A DNA stretch of 64,000 bases from Camelus ferus (Eukaryota). The stretch is taken from NCBI RefSeq assembly GCF_009834535.1, contig NC_045696.1, positions 53,570,001-53,634,000 of the forward strand, in the 5' to 3' direction. Each line of letters opens with the position of its first letter. Within the stretch, counting starts at the first letter, position 1. Positions 37,641-50,190 of this stretch are shown piece after piece. Position numbers and translations under genes: made by a program. Below the pieces are notes generated by a model. That model made no database searches. It saw only the letters and a program-made list of their open reading frames with translations, and had not been told where the DNA came from.

Positions 37641-39499
37641 TCCATACTTTCCGACACAGGAGATATAAAACTAGTTGAAATAGGATAAATCTTTCTTTTG
37701 ATTCAAATCAACCAGTCACAAGTATTTATTAAGCATCTAAGACTCTGAGACTGAGTCAGACACTCCAAGAGAAACAAGATAAGCATAAGACATCTTCGTG
37801 TAGCCAACAATCTTCTGAGACAGAATAAACTAATACATATGAAGTGATTCATGAAGTCATCTGAGAACAGCCCTACACGTAGTATACAGTTAAACATTAA
37901 ATTACACCCAGCTGGGCACAAGCACTAAAATAAGTCAGAGAAGGGAAAGATGAATATACACTAAATGGAAAGATTTTGTGCAAAGGGCCCAGTATCAGGA
38001 ATCAGACTACCTAGTAGTCCAACGTCATGCGGAGCCTGGGCTTGGTTTTCTCACCTGAGAAATGGGAATGACAGGAATATGTACCTCACAGGGCTATTTC
38101 AAGAGTTAGAAGCAATGTGAAAATGAAAAAAGAAATTTGGAAAGCAAGACACAATTTCTGTTCTATCATTATTGGTAATTAGCCCATCTTTTAGGAAATG
38201 ACGGTTTACGCTGTCCTCGAAAGAAGTATTAGTTAGAAAGGAGGGAGGGTAGTTATCTAGGAAAAGAGGAAGAAAAAAGCAGAGGGGCAAACATGCACTG
38301 GGAAGAAGAAAGACAAAGATGTGAGGAGGAGGGCTGTTGACTTCATTTTGAAAGAAAAGTCAATAAACAGGTTTCCCTGAAGTGGGGGAGGGGGCAGGAG
38401 TGCAGCAGTGGGCTCCTCAACCCCGCCCGCCCCTTTGCTGTTCTCCTTGCAGACGTCAGGCTGTTTCCTCAGACATCCCTGGTTCTCGGTCTTCCACAAG
38501 CTGACAGAAGAAAGCAAGGCAGAAGAAAACAAAACAAAAAATATTGTCTGATTCTCAGTACTTTGATACAAGGGAAAGCAGAGGAGGGGCGCACGGGAAG
38601 ACAAGATTAGAAAATGTATTAAATTCTCCCCTTGCCTCAGATGAGCTGTTTCTGCATGTTACTAGGCTTTCTCCGAAGCCAGAGAATTGACTTTACCCCA
38701 TGGCCACAAGCAACGTGGGCTGGACAGTAAGGACATCAGGAGATGGCAATTCCGTAGATGTAAAAGGTACAGATTCTAAAGGCGGAAGGAGAGAAAATAC
38801 AGCACTGGATAATAACATAAGGGATTAGCAAGAACCAGAGAACGATAAAAGAAAGCACAAGAGAAAAATGGTTCATTTGTAGAACTAACACATTAGGTAA
38901 AATGCTAAAACACTGTCCCAGGTTTCAAAGACTTCAAGGGGACATTAAAAGAAGACGAGCCTACCAGGGATCTGAGTAGATTATACAAAGCAGATTTGCA
39001 GAGGAAGAGTAAGACTGACTGTGTGTTAAACTCCTACTATGTGCCAGGCATTCTGCTGGGGCTTTACATTCATTAAATCCACGAATGTTTATTGTTGCCA
39101 TCTACCAGATCTGGGCTGCTCAGAAAGCTTGCATTCCCTGAAATTACCTTCCCATCCTCCATGACCACCCTCATTTCTGCTACAGCCTGAAAGTGAAATT
39201 GAAAACTCGTCCTTCATTTCTACGATTACAATACAGGAATGTAAAGTGTAAGGTCACAGCAACCAGAAATCATTTAGCCTGGGCTACCCATCTCTGGTGA
39301 CTGAGAGAAGGTAAGGTTAGTGATGAAGAGAGGAGGACAGAGAAAGAAGATACTAGGGAAGAGAGAGCATTCTCGTAGCACAGGATCCAGGGTTCTGAAA
39401 GAAGACATGTAGAACTGTTTCCTGTTTCCTAGTCCCTCACTTTGCCTGGAGCAGGTGCCAATGACAGGTGTGTACAGGAAGATTTTAGAATTCATAGTA

Positions 39500-39500
39500 A

Positions 39501-39532
<32 letters not shown>

Positions 39533-39592
39533 AAGTACTGAGAATCAGGTGATTTTATACATATATATACACACACACACACATACACACAT
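39500..39592. repeat. Two adjacent (TA)n(CA)n microsatellites
   Basis: Direct: atatatatatatatatacacacacacacac...atatatatacacacacacac. Confidence 0.9.
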
Positions 39593-42239
39593 GCATCATT
39601 GGAGAGAGGAGGACTCTACTTTTGTGTTAAGTCAGAATATTTCTAGTATTCTGAAAAAGTGAGGCAGCCAGATACCTTAAAAGTCAAACTAATCTAAATA
39701 CACACATACACATCCCTTGAGAACCTGGCTTTGTTGAGCTACAAGGGTGTTACATGGAATTGAGTCAAACCTCATTTCATTTCACAGGTGAGGAAACCAA
39801 GGCCCAGCAAGATCCAGTGACGTATCCAACCCACGCCATGCAGTCAGTTAACAGCAGGCCTGAAACAGATGTCTGATGGTGTTCACCTAAGACCCTCTAC
39901 ATCACCCCGTGATGTTACCTTAGCAAAGTATCACCACCTCAAATAGCTCTCCCTAACACTAAAGCACACCCTGGGTTAAAATGAAGCAGAACTCCAGCAA
40001 ACACTCGCAGGCCTGCATGACAACTGCTAACGAGGTCTGACGAACCTCACTGATGACACAGTGAAGGTATGGGCTTACTAATCAAGCAGGGGCAAAAGAT
40101 GCATAATCTAAAATTATACTCAAATGGCATGCTTTTCTGGTCAATTGTATATTATTTCTATTATTGGGTTGCATGCTGTGAGAATTAAACAACATATATA
40201 AGAGGCCTAGTACTGATTCTCTTTTCTTCCCCTAATCATCAACAAATCATTCTCTTCAAGGAAGAAGATAATTGATCCTCTTGCTAGCTTTCCTGAATGC
40301 CTTCAAGATCTCTTCTCCCTGCCTAATTCTGCTTAAACTCTTTTCTCTTTTTCAGAGATGATGATCAAAAGAAGATATAAGAATTTTTATTCTTGATTAA
40401 TCACCCACCCCCAACCTCACTCTTAGCGTGTTGGAAATTAGAGACATGAGAAGCTTACCCGGCCTTATAATTGTTCTGTGAAGAAACAATGACAGAGCAA
40501 ATATTTGTGGTATTTTCCCAGGAGCCATAGGACAATTCTGAAATACACGTACTGCTGGGTTTGCTTCTATATTTTATGAGGAAGAGATTGCATATATTGT
40601 CATGGGGAAGTGGAGATGCTTATGCACTTACCCTTTTGTTTAACATCACCTACCTCATGCTGCTTGGGCACATAAAAATTTATTTGGATTGTGGCTGGTT
40701 ATTTTTAAATGTACAAAGTTCCCTCCTTGCCAATTTATATGCTTTCCTTCTGTCTAATGAAACTTGGGAGCAAAGATTCTCCTGATCTTAGAGCTTGGTT
40801 TTGCAAAATAGGGTAGAGAATGTAAAATGAAAATCATTGAGCATGCCCTTTGTGCCAAGAACCATTGCACATACTGATTTAATCCTTACACCCATCTTGC
40901 CCTCTGGTTGGTGGGGGAGAAAACTTGTTTTCTGACTCTACAAGCACTAAGAAGAATGTATGACACACAGTAGGGGTTTAATATGGACTTGTTCAATGAA
41001 TAAATGAACAGACCACTAAGCTGAGTAGCATCATCTTCACTGTACTGCTAAAGTGGCTGAGATTTAGGAAGATTAAACTTCCTGGTCATGGCCTTAAACA
41101 CTAGGCAGATCCAGAACTTAAATCGGAGCTATCTGCCATCACCAGGGCTCCATTCTCTCTACCATGTTGCCTTGGTAAAAAGAGCAATGGATTAAACCCA
41201 GTTCATAAAGTCTCGTGGCCTAACAGATACAGAGGTGAAACATTTTATTAAAATGAAAAATTATGTTAATTTAATTTTCCCTAGTCCATGATATGACCAT
41301 CTTCCAGGGACCAGTTTAAGTCTTACTGAAACAGGTACACCATGTAGCCTGCAGACATGAAAGATCAATGCCAACGGTATGTACTGAGATCATTTCTCAT
41401 GATCAAGGTCAGCACCATCTCTTGGCCAAAGACCCTGTGTTCCAGACATTGTAAAAGATGGGTAGTATGACTATGGGCTAGTCATTCAGCATTTCTGATT
41501 CTCAATTTCCTCACCTGTAAATGTTGGGGTGTGGGCAGGGATACACATTAGTCAACATCAATCCACCTCTGATATTCAATGATTCCTTCTTCCTCAACCA
41601 CAGCCAGACAGCTCACACTTCAGGAATTGAGAAAAGATGACTTTTACCTTGCTTTCTCTTTCCCCTCAAGAAACCCCAAACCATTTTTATAATTGTTACA
41701 TAGCTGTCTGTAGAGTCTACTCTAGGACATTATGAATTGGGGAGAAAAAAAGCAGAATATGTTTATCCTTGCTAAGAGACATGAACAATTACAACTGCTT
41801 TCAGTGCTGGTCATTTACACAGAGTGTGTGTATGTGTGTGTGTGTATGTAATATTTTTACATCTTTACCCCTTCTTTATTTTTAAAATTATTTTTTTGAT
41901 CAGGTAGCTTTTATAGTTTTATTCCTTATTTATCATTTCCACTTTATGGTCCAAAAATCTAAGTTTGCTATGGATGTAAATTTGTTATGGAAAAAAATGA
42001 CAAATTTGAACTATGGTCATTGACACTGAACACGTTTAGCCAGGAATTAGAGTATTTCCTTGATTTTCTATGACTTAGAATTATTAGTTTTGACCACAGT
42101 CTATAATGGAGAGGCAGAAAATGTCAGTAAGTGAAGTGGTGAGGAATAAGCCAAACTATGCGGTGGTGAATAGCAAGGAGCATGACCTCCATGTCGGGGG
42201 AGTAACGGGGACTAGGAGAGACTGGTTACGTGGAGATCA

Positions 42240-42485
42240 CAGGTCCTGTTTAAAAGAGACAGCCCTTAACGTGTTTAGCCAAATTTTGCTACATAGAATT
42301 GTTGGTCTAGTGTATCTAAATCTTACAATGTTCATTTAAAAAGCCAAAAATCTGAATTTTTATATGAAATGTGTCAGTTTTCAATATTGGCTCAGTTCAG
42401 AAAATTAAGCAAAAACTGTATAGGCCAAATAAAATATATTTGTGGGCTGAACTTGGCTAGGGGATTACCAGTTTGAGAACTCTCC
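42240..42485. mobile_element. hAT (Tip100-like) DNA transposon end fragment
   Basis: aagccaaaaatctgaatttttatatgaaat and terminal ggccaaataaaatatatttgtgggctgaacttggctaggggattaccagtttgagaactct; subfamily uncertain. Confidence 0.5.
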
Positions 42486-45299
42486 CTTCAAAAGATTAGT
42501 CTTTGGGAAATAGCATTTCCTTTTTGAGCAAGCAGAATGGGTATCTGTGTTTATATGTTCGTGTGTATCTGACTTAGCAATTAACTGCTTGATGCTAAAA
42601 AAAAAAAAAAAGAGGAAAAAAAGTAGCATATTGATAAAATAATCTGTGACCCCATAGGAAACACAAATGGAGTTCCTGTGACACCCTAGATTGTTCTGTT
42701 AGAGAAAAGCTACAGAAGTCTACCCTGGGCTCTGTCTCTGGAAACAGATTCCACATTAAACACTTGAAGAAATATCCTGATAGGGGTACGAGGATGGTTA
42801 AGATTAATTCCTGTGGGTAAAGGATGAAATGTCCTGAAATGTGGGTGAGGATGTGTTTGACAGCAAGAAACAAAAAAAGTCCTCTCCTAAAGGTGGAGAG
42901 ATGAAGGGATAAGAGAATGATGTTATAAACCAGGCTACATCCACAGATACATTCTCAAGTCAACTCTAATTCATGAGAATGTTTCTCTTAAGCAACAAAC
43001 ACTCTGTATAGTGTACAAGTTAAAATTTTCTACATGTTTTTAATTTTAAGATAGTTTTCCAATGTTTCAGTGCTATGATATATAAGCTCATATAATTTTT
43101 CAGAACACTACTGTGGGTAGGAAGTAAATGCCAAGGGCATAACAAAAGAAGATCCACCGCTCCTCCTCCTCCATCTCTGTTGAGGCCACTGTGAGGGTCC
43201 GAGCTCTACACAAAGAGGTCTGCTACTCATGACCTCTCTGACACACCAGCAACAAGTGTGCAGGGGGCCAAGGCAGAGCAAAATGTGACAGAAATGAGAA
43301 AATGCCATGCAGAAGAGATAGTGGAGATGAAGGGTGAGAGAAGGTGGTATACGCCCCTCCTCATCCCAAATACATTAAGGAAAAGTGATTAGAAAAGTGT
43401 GGTAACCACACACTTGGGTTACAACCATGCAATGAGACAAAAGAGCCCTCGCTGGTGTTAGAGTAATATTCTACGGCTTATTTCTCCAGTAAAAAAAATT
43501 TTTTAATTCCAAATATGATATCTATCAGGAAAGAAGACTCTCAGCGTATAAGTTCTACTTTTCATACAATGCAAGCCATTTTCCCATTCTGTACTCTGAA
43601 ACTTACTAGCAACACTGACACATTTGCAGAATTGAATTCTTTTTTTAAACAACATACTTTAGGAGTGAACCTTGAAGTGAAGATGAAAGAAATGTAAGAA
43701 GATGTGATTCCCTTTACCACACAACGGAAAACAGTAATAAGGTATTTTACTTTTCTGTACAGCACTTTCCTTACTATTTCCCCATGCAATAATCCCCTTG
43801 GATATTCCCAGCTACCCTGGGAGTTAAAAGGAGCATGGATAATTACTCCACTTATAGACTCAAAGTCATTGCCCAAAGTCACATTGCTGGGTGAACTGAA
43901 CCCAAACCTTGATTCCTATGAATCCAATTATGGAGCTGTGTTAATTGTGCCTATAAATCTTGACCTTATGTTCTCATCTTTCAAATCCTAATTTTAAGAT
44001 AAAAGTATCAAAGGGAAGATATGAATTAATCATTAAACATCGCACTCTGACTAGGTCTATATCTGAGACTCACCATCAGTGGAGATGTAAATGGGTAGTC
44101 TGTAGGCCAATATCACTTCAGATATGTTCTCAGGGTTCTAAGAAGTAAAGACATGTATACTTACTTTCTCTGGCAGCTTTAATACTAGACAAGGTGCACG
44201 CTCTAAAGTAACCATCTCTCTCTTCCTCCTCCTTACAGCACAAAGTAACAGATGGGCTATCTCAACTAAAAACGTCAGCACTTTATTGACCAAGCTTCTG
44301 CTGGATTTCACAATAGCAATATGTGAATTATTATGTCTCCTTTCAGGGACTAAGGGGACGTAATTATTATTCAGGGAAATCTGTTTTTTTTTTAATTCTC
44401 CCATTTCAAATGTTATCCCATTTTTAAGATGCTTATATTTTTCTCATTTTACAATATAGTCCTACGTAAGAAGTATTTCCTTTCTGACTCATAATTCAAT
44501 GCTCACACTATTAGACCATACCACCTGCCACAGGGTGACATGCATCTCATTAAAGATAGCTGCCATTATTAATGATCGAGCACAGTTCAATGAGTACAGT
44601 AAAACTTTAAACATAAGCGTAAAGCAAAATGCTAAAGATAAATTAGGGCTGCAGTGAAATTCAGCTTCAATAAAGCATCTGGCTGAAATATCTATAGTCA
44701 GCTTCAGTCTAAAACACTAGAAAATACTGGCTATTGTGTATTAACATGGGCAGCCCACATAACAAATATTTATACTTCAATCGCTCATTAATCCTATAAG
44801 CAAACCTAAACCTAAATCTTGAAAGATAACCTAAAGACTTTGAATGCAAACCCTATATAGACATAAATTTACAGGATTTATTTCTTCTGCAGGGTACATT
44901 TTATGTATTGGGTATTATCTGCATTAGCATGGTGCAAGGAATAAGTTAAATGTTTTAAATTACTTGATCCAAATTTCCCTTCTGCTTTCATATTTGAGTA
45001 AAACATTTCTCAAAATAAGATTGTTCATAGTTTAGCATTGTCTTCCCAAATGTGAGAAAGGGACTAATTTCTGGCATTATGCTATTGTGTTTTCTTCTTA
45101 TTAAATGATGCCATTTCCTGCCTTTCACCCCAATAGCACTTGCTAGCCACAAAACTAGAAACACATCTTTTAATTAAATGCTGATTTTATTTTCCCTAGG
45201 GACAATGAATTACAGAATCACTTTCTCAAGATTTACTGGTTCCTTTCCCTTTATCTCAGGCCCCAATATACATTCAACACGTTCTCTGAAGTAACAACC

Positions 45300-45620
45300 A
45301 TCCCATCTGGCTGAGAAGTGATGGACACGGCTCCTTAATCACACTGTACACTCTGTTCTTGGCACCTCCATACCCGAAAGATATCAACAAATTGGATGGA
45401 ATTCAGAGAACAGCAAGAAAAATGATTAAAGAGATGGAGGCATTGACTTATGAGCAAAGATGAAAGGATGAAATCCGTATAGCTTGGCAAAGCAACAACT
45501 GAGGTGGCGTATGATAACTGTCTGCGAGCGTTTGAAGAGTGTAAACAGCGGGAGAAGCGAGGGAACTTTTTAGACTAGTCTGGGGAAAAAGCAGAACAAG
45601 AGGACGGAACTGAATAAATG
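45300..45620 (+). mobile_element. CR1/L3 LINE ORF2 C-terminal fragment
   Basis: Translates LAPPYPKDINKLDGIQRTARKMIKEMEALTYEQR*..., then after a frameshift YSLAKQQLRWRMITVCERLK. This matches the CR1 ORF2 motif WAPxYKKDIxKLExVQRRATKMIKGLExLxYEERL...SLEKRRLRGDMI. Confidence 0.85.
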
Positions 45621-47159
45621 AGGAAGAGAGATGCTAAGAGGCGGTGTTTGCTCATCAACGGCAGATTCCGATAAACAACAAAGTGAAATCTAAAGAGAAG
45701 GACTTGCAGCTCATGCTTTCAGGTTACAGTCAGGGTTGACCTACACTGAGAAAATGGCAAGTGAGAGAATAAGGGGTTTTGTCTGTATGTGTACATACAA
45801 TATGTGCGCTGTCTTATTCAGTTTACCGAGTGCTTTCACATGCATTGCCTCATCAAAATATCACAATGACCTTATGCTGTTAGTAATTCATCGATAAGGA
45901 AATGCTGAAGCTTACTTTGGCATTAAGTAATGAGGCAAACAGGAAAAATACCAGTAAAACATCTCTAACCCTGAGTTTATAATCTGTCTGCTCTCACCAC
46001 ATTCTATATTCTAGAAATCCAATGCAGTTTAGACTATTCTCACTCATAATTTAGATAAACCATTAAATTGATGTTTTAAGCAACTGTCTTCATTCTACCT
46101 GTTTTTCTTGATGTTCTTTCCTGGAGTAAACTAGATATGATGCCACTAGGGGACGTTGTTGTGGCGAGTAATCTCCTAATGCTATAGATGACCCAGTGTG
46201 AAAATGATTCCTGCTTCAGGTATCTGGTTACTCTTTTCCCTTGGGTGATGGATTTCTTTGGGGCTTCACACCCTAACTCTGTTAACCGAAGCTCTCAGAT
46301 CATTCATTAATGCAAAGGGTTGAGATGCACTTAATATGACATTCCACCACTTGTAAGGATATTTACTCCATAAACAGAATCAAATTCTTAAAGAGATGGA
46401 GCTCAAATGTGCTCAGAGATGTCACTTGGGTTTTGTTGCCAGGCTTCAGCTTCCTGAATCCTTTCAATTACCTACCATGCACTAGGTCTGCAACAGAGAT
46501 CTACACAGAGAATACACCAGGTGCAAACACTACTATTTGTAACTAGGGGATGGGTCTAAAGCCATCAAATCTTTCTAACACTGATGAACTGTACTGGAAT
46601 ATGTATGAACTGTGAAGACATCTTCTGCAAAGAGTCTAGACTATACTTTCCTTTACCCTAGTTCATGCAGTGATTTCCTGTTAGCCTTCCCTAAGTTTTT
46701 GCTGGGAAAAAAAGGACACATTTCTTACCCATTAGGGAACCCCAAAGAGCCTATTCCATAAAAGCCACTGGGAAGAAGTAGAAGAACAGATCTCGAATGA
46801 AAAAACACACTGAGGACAAAAGATCTCCCTCATCTCAAGAGAGTCTTCCTTATGGAATTAGGAGCTTTTTGAAACTTTCCTCTTCATCCTGGAATTTGTG
46901 GACCTTTTTACAAAATGTGTTTCCTTGATCTAGAACACATGAAATCCTGTTCTTAGAGAATATAAGAAAATGGGGAACATTGACCTTCAGTCTAAAAACC
47001 ACAGAATTTATTCCAAATATAAAGAAGAGGTTAACAGGTAATGAGTTTGGCATGACAGCCCTTTTGAAATACTATCACTAAAAGAATGAAATCTACTTTA
47101 AAGTCTGCTCTGCCTGTTAGATCTGGGATGACTGTAAGTTTTGTGAGCATGTATGTTCT

Positions 47160-47955
47160 AGAGGAGTGTGTCCCAAATTTTAATGGTTATGAATCACCAG
47201 GGGATCTAGTGAAAAAGTACAGGTTTTGATATAATAAGCCTGGGCTAGGGCCTGAGATTCTAAATTTCTTTTTTCTTTCTTTTTTTTTAATTGAAGTATA
47301 GTCAGTTTATAATGTTTTGTCAACTTTGGTGTATAGCACAATGTTTCAGTCATACACATACATATATATACTCATTTTCATACTCGTTTTCATTATAGGT
47401 TACTACAAGATACTGAATATAGTTCCCTGTGCTACACAGTAGAAACTTGTTTATTTTATATGTAGCAGTCAGTATCTGCAAATCTCAAACTCCTCAACTT
47501 ATTCCTTCCCACCCCACTCCCCCCCTGGTAACCATAAGTTTGTTTTCTATGTCTGAGTCTATTTCTGTTTTATAAATAAATTCATTTGTGGGTTTTTTTT
47601 TCTTTTTTAGATTCCACACATGAGTGGTATCATATGGTACTCTTCTTTCTCTTTCTGGCTTACTTCACTTAGAATGATGATCTCCAGGTCCATCTATGTT
47701 GCTGCAAATGATATTATTTTATTCTTTTTTGTGGCTGAATAGTATTCCATTGTATAAATATACCACAGCTTCTTTAGCCAGTCATCTTTCTATGGACATT
47801 TTAGACTCCAATTCAAAAAGATACATGTACCCTAGTGTTCACAGCAGCACAAACTACAATAGCCAAGACGTGGAAGCAACCAAGATTCTAAATTTCTAAT
47901 AAGTTCCCAGATGATGTTGATGCTGCTTGTCCACATACCCTTGAAACAGCAAGAC
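47160..47955. mobile_element. MER5A split by an L1 insertion
   Basis: Left half gaatcaccaggggatctagtg...gggcctgagattc; right half atttctaataagttcccagatgatgttgatgctgc. Confidence 0.8.
47270..47882 (-). mobile_element. Young L1 3' fragment with 5' inversion (twin priming)
   Basis: Poly(T) plus antisense 3'UTR at 47270-~47804, inverted sense segment at ~47805-47882; 15-bp TSD AGATTCTAAATTTCT at 47255-47269 and 47883-47897. Confidence 0.9.
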
Positions 47956-48397
47956 TCCATGGGTCATTTTCATTCTGACTGTATGACGTAGCAGTGAAAA
48001 ATGGCTACAAACTAGCCATATACATATCAGGAAAAATTTACTTTCAATTGAAATTCTCCATTTCATATGGCATTAATAGGATGCATTCAGGTAATAAAAC
48101 TGGCACAAATATTTGAAGTTTTATTTACATACAATTTTAAAAACATCTTCCTTCATTTTAACTCAAGCTCAATTTTTATAAATATGTTTCTAAATCCTTG
48201 CCCTTGTGAAAATACTGTTTTGGAAAAGAGCCCTTAGGTCAACTTGCCAGGACCCTAATGGCAAAAGCCTCAAAAGCAGACCATTGGTCCTTTTACCAAA
48301 CAGGATTAACACAGAGTTGCTCTATTTGTTTATGATGAAAGCATTAATTTCTAAAATATAAAATGATAACATTTAGCATTTCCTTCTTTTGCCATAT

Positions 48398-48525
48398 AGA
48401 AGAGGAAGGAAGGGAGGGAGGGAGGGAGAGAAAGAGAGAAAGAGAGAGAGAGACAGAAAGAGAGAGAGAGAAAGAAAGAAAGAAAGAGAGAAAGAAAGAG
48501 AGAAAGTAAGCAAGCAAGCAAGCAA
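48398..48525. repeat. Compound purine microsatellite (GGGA)/(GA)/(GAAA)/(GCAA)
   Basis: Direct. Confidence 0.9.
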
Positions 48526-49939
48526 ACAAGAGGTCCTGGTCTGTCTTGACCTTTGAGAGAGACTTTTTGCAAGGCATTTTTAACCTTCAGCCCAAAAAAA
48601 TGGTCTTCTGAACTTCTTAAAGGCTAAAATGTAAAGCAGGATGGTTTGTTTCCTTCATCTTTAAAGACTTAGACTGGGTATATACCAGGGTTCTTCTAAG
48701 TAAGGCTGGTGACTCATCGGTGGGGAATGACAAGTTTATGCTCACCTTGAGGACTTCAGAGTCTAGCAAACAGCAGATGCAGAGGCAAATCTGGGTGATG
48801 ACAGGTCCAAGTTCACGTCATTCCAGGCCAAGGACTAGAACTAACACTACCCATGGTTTACTTCTTTCTTTAACCACCTGCCTATAGTTATGAAAACTAG
48901 CAGAACTTTTATTTGAATTGTTTTTAAAAAAATTTCCATTTACAAACCAGAGTTCATGAAAAATAAAACTTTTTAAATAAATGGTTAAAAAAAAAATAAC
49001 CTATCAGTGGCTGTTCTGGAGGGTGGAGGAGGGGCCAACCAGACGCAGCGAATCACCAAGGAAACCTGAGGCCTATTTTTCTGTGAAGCTCATCTTCAAA
49101 AAACAAGACAAGAGATACAAAAGGAAAAGTGTGACTGCTCTGACAGCAAAAACAAGCAAGTATCTCCAGAGGGGATTAGTTCCTCTGCTTCAAAGTAACC
49201 AAAACAGAGCCGAGCCAGCTTCCCTGGAACAACACCTGCCCATCAAACAAATATGAGCTCAGCAAGCAGCAGCCACGTGCCCCTCTCAGCAGCCTGGGTG
49301 GCTCCTACCAAGTAACACACTTCCATTCTCAAGATTCAACCATTCCAATCCCATCCTCTCTGATGGGATCACGGGGACATCAGATATCACCCAATTCCAC
49401 CCCTCACTGAATGTCAGTGTGCCCTTTCCGCCCAACCTACCAGCCTGTCTTCCAAGCTCTGTCCTGGCAGGGGTGTTCTTGGTTTCACAAAACAACCTGA
49501 AATTACTGGAAAATAGTTCCTTAAATAGGAGCCAAAATTTAAGTTTAATTTATGAAGAAAGTTTTGGCCTTTGGAAAACAAATCCAATTTCACTTCCATG
49601 CCGGAACCCTTCAAATAAAAAAATGGCTATCACATCCCCAAGATATATCCCTTCCTCCCGCTTAATCATCCCAGATGATGGTATGCAGATTTCTTTTTTG
49701 TCATTGCTTACCATCTGATTACCATCTTGTTTCCAATGGTTCTTTTAAAATATATTAGCCAAACATAAGGCTCTAGATTTAATCTAATCAGTGCACAGTA
49801 AGTTTGGATTTTCATCCCCCACATTTTCTAGGCTATATTTCTATTAACTCAGTTGAGATCACTCTGCTCTTTATCATAAGTTGTGCCAGCAATCAATGTC
49901 CGTTTTTACATAAACTGATATTAAGTTACATTTCCCCAA

Positions 49940-50190
49940 ACCTGTCCTGTGCAATGGAAGTTACCATCTAAGTGTGAGACTTCACATTATTCCCATTGAT
50001 TTTCAGCTTGTTAACTTCAGCTCACTGTTTAAGCTGACAGTCTTCTGAATTTTTACTTTGTTATTCAGAGTACTGGATAGCCCTCATAAAGACAGCTATC
50101 AAAATTTGATAATCAGTCCCTCTATTTTGTTACCCACGTCATTGCTAAAAATACCCAACAGAAAAAGGCCCAAAGCTGACATTCATGCAG
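49940..50190 (-). mobile_element. CR1/L3 reverse transcriptase fragment
   Basis: The reverse complement reads approximately SALGLFLLGIFSNDVGNKIEGLIIKF...KIQK...AEVNKLKINGN. This resembles CR1 RT (SVLGPVLFNIFINDLD.GIE..L.KFADD...IQ.DLD.L..WAE.N.M.FN). Confidence 0.7.

Noticed and set aside
40320..40385. Strong + strand acceptor followed by DDDQKKI*
   Set aside because: No linked upstream coding exons or recognisable protein; such acceptors occur by chance
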